Source: Antedon mediterranea
Lineage: Eukaryota > Animalia > Echinodermata
Length of the DNA: 64,000 nt
Reading direction: 5' to 3'
Assembly (NCBI RefSeq): GCF_964355755.1
Contig: NC_092673.1
Span: forward strand, 6,076,001 to 6,140,000
Below the pieces are notes generated by a model that worked only from the letters and a program-made list of their open reading frames with translations, was not told the origin of the DNA and ran no database searches. The stretch's first letter is position 1. Every line of letters begins with the position of its first letter. The position numbers were made by a program, and so were the translations under genes. Shown here piece by piece: positions 27,401-40,200 of this stretch.

Positions 27401-28951
27401 AGTGTAGCACATGTCTGGTTCTTTACGAGGTGATGGAAAGCTAGGTGAGATTTCAATACTACTGGCAGATGGAAGGGGTGGTCTGAAGTTGGTAATATCA
27501 GATGGGGTTGCATCCATAGCTAATGAAAAAAAAACAACACATTTTAACAATAGCACAAAGCAGATGCATCTCATACCATTGCATTGCCAAAAAAGACAAC
27601 ATTAACATTTTAAATGTGTTTAATTATGCCTAAATATTGCTGTAGCAGTCCTGGCAAAAAGTAGGGTAGTTTCAAGGTTAGTTTCTTTCCATGGTTTACC
27701 CGCAGCAACAGTCAAACCACAAATGTCAGAAATAATGTTTTCTAGATGTCATGTGTCATGTTAATTACTAGTCTAGACAATAAATTATTGTTCCCCCTCT
27801 TTACCTTTTCATCTGTTGAATAGCAATACAACACACAACAGTACCAAATAAAAAAAGGGGTTGGTTTTGGTTTTATCATTTATTAATGCTAGTAATACAT
27901 TGTGTATAGTTATTAAATAGTACATTATTAATAATAAAAACACAAATTTTACTTACATTCGCCTCTATGGAAAACTCGATACCCTAAATAAAAATATGAT
28001 AAAAATTATTGAAAATATAAGTGCAATCTCAAGTTTTGAGGTGTGGTCTAATTTCAAGTCCAGGAAGTTAATACTGTGATATATATACATGTATATGCTG
28101 ATACCCACAGCATCGTCATTTTCTTTAGTTATTTTCCTTTGGATTTGTAGATATATATATATACATATAGTATGCCCAATAAAATAGGCATCACTTTTAG
28201 TGTGCCTGTTCAAATAAAAGAAATTTATACAGGCAATTTAGCTAGTGACAGAATTAACTGTGCATATAAATTTAGAGTGAAATTTATATTAAGTGAAATA
28301 TTTTTTTATTTTTTTTACAGAAATACTTTATTAAAAATGCAAACCTATTTAAAGTCTTAGTTTATTACACTTCATTTTCCGTGTTTTTGTGGGACAATAC
28401 AGTACATCTTTAAATAAAGACTGTGCGTATCAATATTTGGTGTGGAAACTATTGGCATGGTTGTTTCCTACTGACATGGTGCCTTGATTTCTACTGTACT
28501 AGGAAGGGTAGACAATGCACCTGTTATATATTGCCACACGTACAAACTAGCCACACCGTTGACCATGCCGATAGAAAAATCGTGGCTGACCGCCAATCAC
28601 CACTTCAATAAGCATGTAATGGATTTGCATATGGTATTTATACTTACCCATCTCCTCCAGTTTCTCCTCAACATTTTCCACTTCAGTAACAAGTTTATCG
28701 CATTTCACTTTTCTTAATTGGTCCTTTAGCTTGCCATACTGGCCAACTGAAAATACTTTCCGCTTTTGCTGTGCCTCAAAGATTTCTTCGATATCTTCAA
28801 AATCTTCTATCTCTCTAGCACGAAAGCCGCCATACTCACCAAGGCGAGTTTTGTACTTTTTAAGTTCTTTTTTATCTAAATCGCGACTGATGTCATCTAA
28901 TAAATCATTGTGTAAGGCTTTCGCCTTTTCTTCTAATATCTTATTTGGCAT
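24453..28951 (-). CDS. DED-containing initiator-type caspase (caspase-8/10-like architecture with a single DED), about 407 aa
   Basis: Exons 28648-28951, 27957-27983, 27328-27519, 26814-27058, 25989-26067, 25154-25309 and 24453-24673. All are GT-AG with consistent phases, totalling 1224 nt. Motifs: RPGVQQD (S1 Arg), IISSHG (His codon 26892-26894), GKPKVLIFQACRS (25272-25286), GWRN..HGAW, LLDVLTRVN, KQMP. Confidence 0.92.
25395..25815. mobile_element. Partial inverted copy of the TTAA-flanked transposon at 53507-54146
   Basis: Reverse-complement match over about 400 bp, including the terminus TTAAAGACCCATTCCCTACG. Confidence 0.8.
26281..26590. repeat. 24-bp minisatellite (CTACTGCCAAAGTCTGGAAGAATT), about 13 copies, in a caspase intron
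   Basis: Near-identical tandem units read directly; they explain the repetitive ORFs 26221-26706, 26254-26613 and 26277-26576. Confidence 0.95.
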
Positions 28952-30839
28952 GTTCCAAATTCAGTCTTGTATTCATAAAAAGAAAAAAAAAAACAGTATG
29001 ATCAATATTTCCACTTACTTTTACACATTCAGTGTTTTACACAATTTTTTTGTATAGATTTGACTTACAATATTTATTCAAATAAACACCCCGCTTTGAA
29101 TAAAGGTCTCCGTCACAGAAACACCCTGGGGCCTTTAATTACTTCCTTGAATAAACGACCCGCCACATGCATATACACAATATTGTAATACAACACATTT
29201 CTATTTGTAGTAGAATTCATTGATAGACATGATCCACAACTTACCAAGCATTTTGATACAATTTTACTGTATTTTATCACCTCTTGAAATTAATTATGTT
29301 GTATTTTTCATATCTAGGTGGGTATTTATTTGATTTTATGTTACCATATTAGACCACAAAAAAAATAAACTAAAACCACTCTTGAACCATAAATGCTGTT
29401 TATTCGAATAAATACGGTAATTAATATTTGGTACATTTTTATGATCCATAATTCTGGTTAATGGTTTTCAAGCTACACCTTAGGCAGTTATACTCAAGAG
29501 GATAGAAGAGAAGCTTATAGTACAGTAGTTTACCAAGGCTGAAAAAATGAAAATTTGTAAACTTGGACAGTGTATGCGCAAACCTCAAAGCACATCTTAA
29601 AAGAGAGATGTATGCGCACAGTTGTCTGTAAGACCTGTTCAATAAACAATGTTTTCGTGTTGGCTGTCAACTTAGGCCGGGTATACTATAATACCATACC
29701 TCCCTACTGTAAAATTCCCTATAAGATTTCCTTTTATTTTTGTGTTTTAAAATGCTGTGTGTGATTGACTAATTTTACTAGAACCTTGAATGCGAGTTAT
29801 AATGGATATGTACCCAGCCTTTCACAGTTGAGATCCCTGGTTCAATTCCTGCTGAGGTTCTTTTTTTATTATCATTATTTTATTATTGGGATCCCGATTC
29901 ATATTGCCTCCAAAATTAAATGGAGTCTTCCGTAACAACAAATAGTAGTGGAGCTGTAGGTTGGTGGTTAATGCTTGCCTTCCAATCCCAAGGTTCAATC
30001 CTGACTTAGTGCCAGGGTTGTACGGCCTAAGTAAAATAATAAAAAATGGTCCATATTATTGGGACCCTGGTCCAGATTGCCTCAGAAATTTAATGGATTG
30101 GTCCTTGACCACATATCTGTGGTTTTAATTTGGTAAATATCTGACAAAATATATCAGGAAAAACATTATTTGGAGAGAAAGAGGGCTCACTACTTGATAT
30201 TTTGTAAATGGTGGAATAACATGCGAGACATACCACATCTTTCTTCTTCCCAAAGGGTCCCTTCATGTGAGTGCTGCCACCAAACGGTGCCTATTCGTCT
30301 GTCCAAAAATACAGAGGCCAAATGAACCAGTACAGCGGGTTAACCTCCTACTCTACCATTCCTAAGATGTACTGGGTTCTTTTAAAGTGCACACGAGCCA
30401 GATGTGTACACTGGACCACCTTAAGTCCTATGGTCTTTGGCTCCCTGTCTTATTCCGCTCTTAACTAATGTTTTCGTCCTTGTCAAAAGAATATAATATG
30501 TCCATGTTAAAAGAATACAGGGCATGCTATTTAACATCTTGTATGAAAGATACAGGTATGTTAAAAGAATACAAATTTATTCTTTTTTTTATTTGTGAAG
30601 TTAATAAGTTCTGTAAGTACCTATTTTCACCAATAGTTCATAATTGTAGGCACTATCGTGCTAACATACAAACAAAGCAAGTACTATATTATATTTTGCC
30701 AAGCAAAAAGCATTCTGAGTTAAGTACTTGCCAAAATATATCCGGGAAAACATTATTTAGAGAGAGAGGGCTCACTACTTGAATAGGTGGAATAACCTGC
30801 AACTTGCAGCCTGTTCATCTGTCCACAAGGACAGGGGCT

Positions 30840-31035
30840 GAATGGACCAGTACACCCTACTCTTCCGAAAGATGTACTGGGTTACTTAAAGTGCACACGA
30901 AGCAAATGTGTATACTAGACGTCCAGCTTGAAGAATTCCTTATCCGAGAAGACTTGTTCTACACCACTAGAACAATGGTCGAGGAGTATCTACTTGAACT
31001 GGTGCCGATAATATAGCTATGGCGCCCAATAGTTG
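30840..31035 (-). mobile_element. Deu-domain SINE fragment
   Basis: Reverse complement of the SINE core (CCTTATCCGAGAAGAC, TTAAAGTGCACACGA). Another fragment lies at 30320-30420. Confidence 0.7.
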
Positions 31036-31729
31036 ACCGCTGAATACAATACACAAGAGACACGGCGGATGAATGCGTTCGTTTTGTTACTATTATGGTG
31101 CTCGATCAAGCACATTCAATTCTGGAATTACAATGGCGAGCAATTTCAACTTCAATTTTATCAGTTTCTGAAAGAATTAAGCTTTGAAATGTGTAATATA
31201 CCATTAATAATCAATTCCAAGCAGGTGGCTGCTCTCTGTCTGGTGGTGGTAGGATTTGTTGCTGAGCCTGCAGTAGTTATCTGTTGGTATTTAGTAGGAT
31301 TGCTTCTGTAGTAATCCGTACTATGTAGCCTGTTTCAGTACACCAACAATAAATATCTTTAGTTTATACCCTATGCACTACATGACTAATTTGACCATAC
31401 CTTTAACAAAAGGAAGTTAGGATACAGTACCATACAGTATCTTTAGCCACGGCGTAATGGCCCCATCGCCCTATACAAAGTTGCCCAATATAAAATCGCC
31501 CCATCGCAAACTCGCCAAGCCACAGTCGCCCCAACGCAAAGTCACCCCATCGCAAAGTCGCCCACGGTTTTATTTCGCCGCCGCTTTTTTATTTTACAGG
31601 TTTTAATGGAGTAATGTTCTTTTTAAAAATCATTAAAAAAATAGTTCCTTGTTTTGAAAGTTTCTAAAAAGATTACCAGTGATTTAAATTAAAGTTTCGA
31701 AAATGTTAATTTAATATGATTTTAAAATT

Positions 31730-32497
31730 CGCCGTAGTTAGGATTCCGGCACCGGAACTCAACTGCCCAGCGTTAGGGAATCCGACACGCTATTGCGCAT
31801 GCCCAGAGCGAGGTTATCGTAAAAAAGTGGTTGTTTCATTCATATAAACTTCATATGATTATGAATAATTATAATTACATGACTAGTTTTATGATTTTTC
31901 AAGTACAAAATAAAATATTTCATATAACGCATTATACTGTAAATAACATGTAATCAACAAGTTGATTTAATTGTTGACAGCCGCCGCCGCGCAGATGTGA
32001 AAAAAACAGAACTGCTCAGGAAGTCGGGGTCGCAACGCTATGCTCACTTTCGTACATTTCTTGAAATATGCAAGCGTTATGACACTAGGCTAGGGCAGGC
32101 CTGTGTTTTTCTCCCGTTCCAAACTTCATACTTCCTCTGTCTAATAATATTAAAGCATTACGATTCTTAGATAGATACTGATTGTTATCAATATCATAAT
32201 AATTATTTTAACGCGTGGCGTAGTCATATTTTAATTATAAATTCATGTATGGCCTAGGCCAAGTTTCATCGGATCCATCGCTCTCTCACTCGCGCGACGA
32301 CTAACTAGGCTACAGTAAATCCCTAGTTAACACTCCGACTTGACTCTCGGTGGTGTGGTGTGGTGCGCGGTCTGTGGCACTTGTTGTGCCACTTGTTGTG
32401 CAAGCTATAATTACTTCGCACTGGGCATGCGCAATAGCGTGTCGGATTCCCTAACGGTGGGCAGTTGAGTTTCGGTGCCGGAATCCTAACCACAGCG
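31730..32497. mobile_element. MITE with ~80-bp TIRs and a 9-bp TSD (Mutator/MULE-like)
   Basis: TIRs 31730-31810 and 32416-32497; TTTAAAATT is duplicated at 31721-31729 and 32498-32506. Confidence 0.85.
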
Positions 32498-32789
32498 TTT
32501 AAAATTACAGTAGTTACCAAAGTCACATTTACAAATCTTTCTTCAACCTACAAGTGGATACAGCTCATTTTTTAGGATAATATAATAATAAATGTATAAA
32601 AGTAATATAGTAGGCCTATCATATAGATTAGTTAAAACAAACAGCGTTATGTTAGACAAGAGGAGTGCATGTTATGGGCCACTTATGTATCATTTGCATT
32701 TAGTGATAGTATAGTAGGTCTAGGCTATGTCTAGGCCTATTGTAATATTATTATTATGATTGTAGTTTTGCGTCAGGGAGTTGAGTAAT

Positions 32790-32924
32790 TAGATGTTTTT
32801 GCCCTCTCTGACGTAATTTGTACTTTATACCACGTACATTTGAGAATACTTACAAATTTTTTCGCAAGTATTCTCAAATGTACTCTGAAGTACAAATTAC
32901 GTCAGAGTAGGGCAAAAATATCTA
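32790..32924. repeat. Palindromic (hairpin) element
   Basis: TTTTGCCCT.CTCTGACGTAATTTGTACTT / AAGTACAAATTACGTCAGAG.AGGGCAAAA around an inner GTACATTTGAGAATACTT / AAGTATTCTCAAATGTAC. Confidence 0.75.
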
Positions 32925-33292
32925 GGCCTAGGGTAGGGGCCTAGGTAGGGTTAGTAGGGGCCTAATTATTAAAATATTATGGTTAGTTATGACTTTTCAA
33001 AATGAAGAAATAAAAAATACTAAACCCCCTAACTAGGCTAGACTATAGAGTACTACTACTACTAACTAAACCTAGCTAGCCTAGGTAGTAGTACCCTAGA
33101 CAAGGCATGGACCTCCATGGGCTAGCCTACTAGGCCTAGCTAGGCCCTCTAGCCTACTAGGCCTAGTAGCTAGCTAGGCCCTCCTCTAGTCTAAAAAACA
33201 TAGTAGGGGCCTAGAGGCTAGCTAGCTAGGGTGGGGCCTACCAACAGTCTAGTATTACCATGGAATCAGCAATGTATATTTATATGTTCTTA

Positions 33293-33455
33293 CCTTTAAT
33301 AAAGCAAAATAAAAATAAAATGCACGTAAGGAAGCCTAGCCTAGGCCTAGTAGGTAGGTTAGCTGCAAGAAGCCAAGCCCGCCAAGGAGAAATTATATTA
33401 TCGCCAGGGTCCAATAATGGCACGCGCCACCAATAAACAGTAGATTTCCGGTTGG
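33293..33455 (-). promoter_or_regulatory. Putative non-coding first exon/promoter of the caspase gene
   Basis: Donor AAG|GTAAG near 33293 and an ETS-like ACCGGAAAT near 33445. The caspase ATG exon begins at an acceptor (28965) with an upstream in-frame TGA, so a 5' UTR exon is required. Confidence 0.35.
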
Positions 33456-34285
33456 GTCACCATCACGATCTCTATTATAATAATATTAAAGGGGATCTCC
33501 GGTTTTCAAATTGTTTATTATGAGTAACCCTTTGCAGCAACATTAATAACCTCACTTAGTTTTCTTCAGCGCTAAAGCAGATGGAGCATTTTAACAGGGC
33601 TTTTTGGTAATGACATGACTGACCGCATGTATAGTATAGGTGGTTGACTGTGCATCTAGCCTAGTTCTCTTTCTCTCTGTGTTCACCGCCTGATTGTCTA
33701 TTCAGGTTGTGACCAAACAATAGGGAGAAATCATCATTATCAATTTTGGATCAAAAAAGATCATCCAGTTAGATCTTAAAACACACAGTGCAAACCGTAA
33801 CTGTCGTGCTGCGCACATAACTTTATATATGAATGGTTAAAAAAAGTTGTGGCAAAGAGGCTTGAGCTATATGTAGCCTACACATTCTGTTTTGAACAGA
33901 AGTACACTATTAATATCTTTAAACTGAAAAATGAATTGTTCTCAAACGTAACCTGTAAAAAACAAAAAAACAGCTCAATCATAAAAGATGAAATACATAG
34001 AAAATAGCCACTGTGGCTTATTTTTTTATTTAACCATTTTGCAACATTATTCAAAATTCAAGTATTGGCTTGTTTTGAACAAAAAATTGTGCTTATGATT
34101 GAACAAGAATTAAGACAACAAAGGCTATAGATGAAATAATATTGTTTAATAATTTTTTCCTCAATTCATTATAAGATACATCTTTCTTAACAATTTCAAA
34201 CAAAAAAGTAAATTCAAAATTATTCATAATTTAGCAAGTGTTATATATTATTTTATATACAAAATTAAGATTAAGACTGGATTAA

Positions 34286-37200
34286 TTATTTTTTCTTCGC
34301 TCTTGATGAACTTCTTGAAGTTGTCCTTGATGGAACACGTTGCTGCTGTTGGGATGCAGGCCTCTTAGATGACGGTGATGGTGCACTTGGTGGAAGGGGT
34401 GAATGCTTTGGAGATTGTGTTGATGTTGATGGACCTGATGTTGATGGACCTGCTGCTGCTGTGGCTGCTTCAGCAACTGTATTCTGGTTTGGCTGTGAAG
34501 CTTCATCAACCGGAGTTGATTTCTCTTCTACTGTTGGTACGGCAGTATTGATATTTGGTTGATTTGGTGATGCACTTTTTCTTTCATATTCTCGCAATTT
34601 TTTCAGAGCAGCCGTCAGTTCTTCCTCTAGTAGTATTACTCGGTTTTCTGAATTTAAAGCACGCTCTTCAGTTACCCTAAACAAGAGTAAACATTGATTG
34701 TAAAACAGCGGTTATTATTAGACACCTGCAAATATATATATTTGTAGTGTAAATAAGTATTAAGGACACCTGTCAATTGGATATATGACAAATGAAGATG
34801 TCAAAAGACATTGACATCAACTTACAATAGTTGATCCTGTAGAGAGTTTAAAGCTGCAAGAGCTTCATAAGCCTTCGCTGTATCTGGTGTTCCTGATCTG
34901 ACTGTACCTGTTGTAGATGGAGCTTTAGATTCCTTGTCAAAAAAGAAAAAATATGTTCTCTATTAGTATTACTAAATTCAACATAGCATTGATCCAGGAA
35001 ATCTTTAGATATTATTTTATTTTTCAACATACTTAATTCTGTGACACCTAGATTAAGTTACATCTCTCCATACTTCAATTTGTGTTAAGGAATATAGGGT
35101 TCTCCAATAGCATTCCATACCTTGTGCTTATGAACTGCTCAACACATGAGCAGTGTATGGGTATACACTGATAGTCAATGATGTACTAAAGAGTTTAACA
35201 AGTAACAGTTGACTATGGTTGAAGGCTCAACATATATACAATGATCAATAGTCTATATTATATCAAGAAGATGTTCCACCAGTTGAAGCATGGAACAAGC
35301 AGACAATTTGATTATTGCTTTCTTCTGTGTACGATTTATTTGGGTCATTCTAAATCTATTAATGAACAAGGCCAACAGCCATTAAGTCGCGTGCTACAAT
35401 GCATAGTGATACCGGACCGACAGACAGACCGACAGACAGACAGACCGACAGACAGACCGACCGACCGACCGACTGACATAGTGAACTATACTGACCGAAA
35501 TTACTGAACATGTTTAAAAATGTTGAAATGTTTAAAAACATTTATATTTTTTTAATTTACACGTGCGTAGCCTGTCACTTTTGACGTGCTCGTATAACGT
35601 AATTTCGAGTTGAAAAGTAAGTCAAGAAAACAGAAATCGGGCAAAAAGAGTGCGCAATAACATTTAACGCGCAGTGCGCGCGCAAAAATATGCGCACTCA
35701 TGGCAATTTTGTAAACGCTTAAAATTGCCTGAAACGTACTCTTATTTCATCGAAAATAAATTTTGAAAATTTTAAGCGCGTGTACGCATGCGTTACATGC
35801 GCTACGCACGTAATTGTATTGCCATATGATGATTTATGCCCTGAAATTTATGAGTACCAAATTTTATTTAATTGTGGTTCATGGTTGTGAAGATATGATT
35901 ACAAACGTGATTTCGTTAAATCGTGCGTAGACCGCGTAATTTTTTATTGCGCACCGTGAAAACAAACCACATTGATTCCTGGCCATAAGGAATATACTGT
36001 GAAAAATTGACCTAGCTAGATTAAACTGATATCAAGATAAGGTCAGAAAGCGATAAAACGCATAGTGATACCAGACCGACAGACAGACAGACCGACCAAC
36101 CGACCGACATAGTGAACTATAGAGTCGCTTCCACGCGACTAAAAACAAACAAAACAAACATGTTCCAATAACTTTTATTACTGTATGAAAGACTTACCTT
36201 AGGTGGTTCTGTAATTTCATCCAAAGACAGTACACGGACATTATCATCATAACCTATGACCTCCATCTTGCTTGTATCAAAGTCATTAGATTTGTTCATA
36301 GACGACTCAGTTGGAGCTGTTTCATCCATTGATTTCTGAACAATAATAACAAAATAGTTAAAATTTATTAATTAAAAAAAACGACCAGTATTTGGTAAGC
36401 ATTATGAAAACATAATATATGGAGCAGATCAATAGATGTAACATTTACAGTACATGCAGCCCTCATCCTAAACATGAGGATAGAGTGTATGCAAACTTGT
36501 TGTAGTACAATAAGTCAGATGACATGATAAATATTTATATTACTACCTCTGATGTCTCAGGTCGTGACTGTTCTTTAGTTTGAAGCCTAAATCCTTCTTG
36601 AACCAAAGATGGTTCCTTTGATGTATTCACTGAAGTATCACAGTTAGCGCTCTAAAAAAACAAAAATAACGCATAACATTATTAACATCCACTAGTGGGT
36701 GACATATAATATGAAAATAGACAAAGAATGGAGAAAAGAGATGAAAACTTAGAAAAAAGAAAAAGGAAAAGAAAAAAAATTGAAAAATAAAAACTGAAAA
36801 ATATATATAAAACAAAAAAGAATAAAATAAATTTAAAAAAAAAACATAAAAAAGGCGGAAAAAAAAGAATAAAAAATTAGAAAAAGATTTAAAAAAAAGG
36901 AATTAATAAAGAAAAGAAAGAAAGAAAAAATGAATTAAAAAAAACAAGAAAACAGAAGAATTTTAAAACAAGGAAAAAAGAAGGAAAATGAAAAAAAAAG
37001 AAATTTAAAAAGGAAACACATAAGGAAAAAAGAGAAGAGAATGGCAATTACGTTTTCAAAGTCATCAAAACTAAGTATAAAGTCTCACCTCAACACTAGA
37101 CTGAGTGGCCGGTGTTATGTCAGGCTGATTGCTAGCACTAGTAGCTGGAGATTGCTGGGTGGCTGAGGGTATATGGCCAAGCTGGGAGTTGTTTCTTAAC

Positions 37201-40200
37201 TCATTCATCATGAGTGTAGCAGTATGTATCCATTCTACACACTCTGTCTAAAGAAATAAAAAAACAACCTTGGACTAACATAGACACTCTTGATAAAATA
37301 TAGTTACATGCTACTCTTTACAACTGGCTTCAACTGATATTTAAACATATTTAATTTTTAGTGTTTTGTTTTTGTTTCCTGAACTGTTTCTTTCACATAA
37401 AAAAAACACTTTATATACCCTCAAAAAAACCTTGTTTAGGATTAACTTAGTTTAAAATTTAAATTGTATATTCGACTTTGTTCAGATCTTCAAGTTCAGT
37501 AAGAAAATTTCTTATTTTCCATGTTTTGAGGAATAATGTTTTTGTATTCAAATTATTTCTAGGGTTTTGTCAATTTTTAAATATTTTTACCTTGATTCTT
37601 TTCAGATCCTTCATCTCATGATCAGCTGCTTCATTTCGCATCATTTGTTGTTTCTGTAGCTCCTCAGCAACAATGGTAGAACAACAACTATTAGAAAAGT
37701 AATCAATAACTTTACTATTTAAAAAAAACATCCAACCAATTTGGTTGTTTATTGGAAGGAAATTAGAGACATTTGGAGTTTCAGATAGTAACTCCAAAAA
37801 CATGAACACTTACTTGATGCATCGCACAGGGTACCCCAATTATAAGGGTTTCAAAAATGAGGAAAGGTTTTTTAAGGAGTGTACAATAGTTATGTCATGA
37901 TGATTTAGCAATGTTACAAGACACAGTAACATGTACTAAACTTACATTGTGAGATAGTTTGAAAAGGTTGTCAATTTATCAAACAACATGGATGCTTTTT
38001 CTTGGATGGTGTCAATGGTGTCTGTGGTTTCTAATGCACTCTCTACCGCCTCAGGTGGGCTTCCTGGTAAATCTGGTGATAAGTGTAAGAGTGCCTGGAT
38101 CACCCAATGTATCATGCTGGAATGCAGCTCAGAAACCTAAATTCATAAATTGTTAATTACACATTTATTCTTTATCATCATTTATAAAGCAAATGTACAG
38201 TATATTTCAATCCTTAAAGATATATTGTCCCCTCTACAAAATTTTCAAATATTTGTTGATAAATATGCCATTTTGACCAAAATTTTTATAATAAAATTAT
38301 ATTTCTGAAACAAAAATACAGTCAAAATGGCTGAGCTTTTGGTTAAATTTAACAGTTTGTTTTGTCTTTTTATAAATGAAAACATAATTTTTTTTTTTTT
38401 TTTTTTTTTTTCTGCAACAAAATGGCCAAATTCAAAATCTGATTTTATTAATCTTTCTTTTTCATATTTTGGGGGACAATCTTTAAGCATTGTGGCGCTA
38501 TTATAAGTATGGTGTTGAATACGTATATTTTAAAAATAAATTATATAATCTACCTGGTCAGCTAGCTTAGCATCTTCATTATCAATACCATTGGTTGTCA
38601 CACTTAGCCACTTCTGAGCATGCTTAAACACTTCATCCATGTCGACACTTTAGAAGAAGAGAATAAAATTGTGAAAGATTTTGTATATATTATAACTATA
38701 AAAAACTATTGAAAATGTTACCAGTAACCTTGATGGAAAGAAAAACTACTGTAGGAGTTATTGACTATATTAGAAGAAAAGGCGGTCAAATCATTAAGCG
38801 TTCGAATTCCTGCCTCTGATCCAAATCAGTAAATCAAGATTGTGCAATCCAGACTGTAACTAGTCTAATGGCTACCTCCTTGAAAACAATGCTGAGTAAA
38901 AACCAGCCCATGTTCCATAAAAATTCATTACAAACTTACGTATTATCAACTTTTGGATTGGCTTGTTCTTCTTCTGTCTGAACGGTTCCAACAAAAGACA
39001 AAGCTTCATCAATAACCACTAACCAATCATCGAACAGTTCATAAAGTCGTCCCCACTCTGCTTCGAGTGGCATAGCGCCTCCATTTAAGATACCATTCAA
39101 TTTTGTATCCCAGCTTTCCATAGAGTTTGTCAAGTGTATTAATTTTTTAGCTGTGCCTGTATTATGAAGATTGAAAATAAAATGAAAAATACCCAACTAT
39201 TATTATTTATGTAGCCACTAATTACCCACAAAATAGATGACATTTTCTCTATTTAGAATTTTAAATAATAATTTTTTTTTTTTTTTTGTATTTACCATTT
39301 TCTCCATTGACTTTAATCTGAAACTGCCTCATAAGTTGATCACATTCCTGTAAAATTTAAATCATAAAATATTCAATTGGCTGATTTTAAAACAGTGGTT
39401 ACTTGTTTTTAATGAACATAGAGTTCTGCGGTGTGACGTCACAACGATAGATGGCTCTGCGTGGTTTCTAGCGCAACCAAAAACGCTACTATGTTGATAA
39501 ACACTATAGATCTGTGTTTGTATCAAATTACTACTGTATGTATCTTAGCTTGATTTTTTTTTAACTTAAACTGTAGTTTAATAATAGAATAAATAGATTT
39601 TTAAAAACAAATATTTAGTGACCTTTTGAAATTTTAGTTTGTTTTTATTGAAAATTATTAAGTTTTAAAATGACTACTTCAATAAGCCTATTCCAAACCA
39701 TTGGTGACCTTGGAGTCACTCAGGCAGATTAAACGCCACCTACCGTCGTGATATCAGCACCGCAGAACTCTATAACAATACTGATTTTTTTTTTTTTTTT
39801 TAAATTCAAGCAGAAAATATATGTATGATGATAAATCAAATTATGTTTATGCTATAAAATATATGTAAATGGAATAACATTAGTAGAAATGTATGTTGAA
39901 CATAAAAGTATGTATTTAGTTGGAAAATAAACTATGTATTTAGTTGGAAAATAAATTATGGATTAAAAAAAAAGAAGGTAAATACTCTAAACATAATATG
40001 TTTAACTGTAAATAAACAAAAAAAGTGTTCAAAGATAGCAATGAAAAAGATGAACTCAAAAAGAACTGTACTGTAAAATTATTATATTATGTATTTATGG
40101 AATAAAAGTGGGATGAACCCACGTAAGACAAAAAAAAAAATACTGATTGCAGAACAATACATGAATATACAGCTATATTGTTAATGAAAATTTGATTAAA

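Noticed and set aside
29810-30030. tRNA-like sequences (also 19990-20070 on the minus strand)
   Set aside because: Only A/B-box remnants with no complete cloverleaf; these are decayed SINE heads, not tRNA genes.
35121-35167. 47-nt AG..GT-bounded segment in an AXDND1 intron
   Set aside because: Not frame-preserving, and the flanking exons already join in phase.
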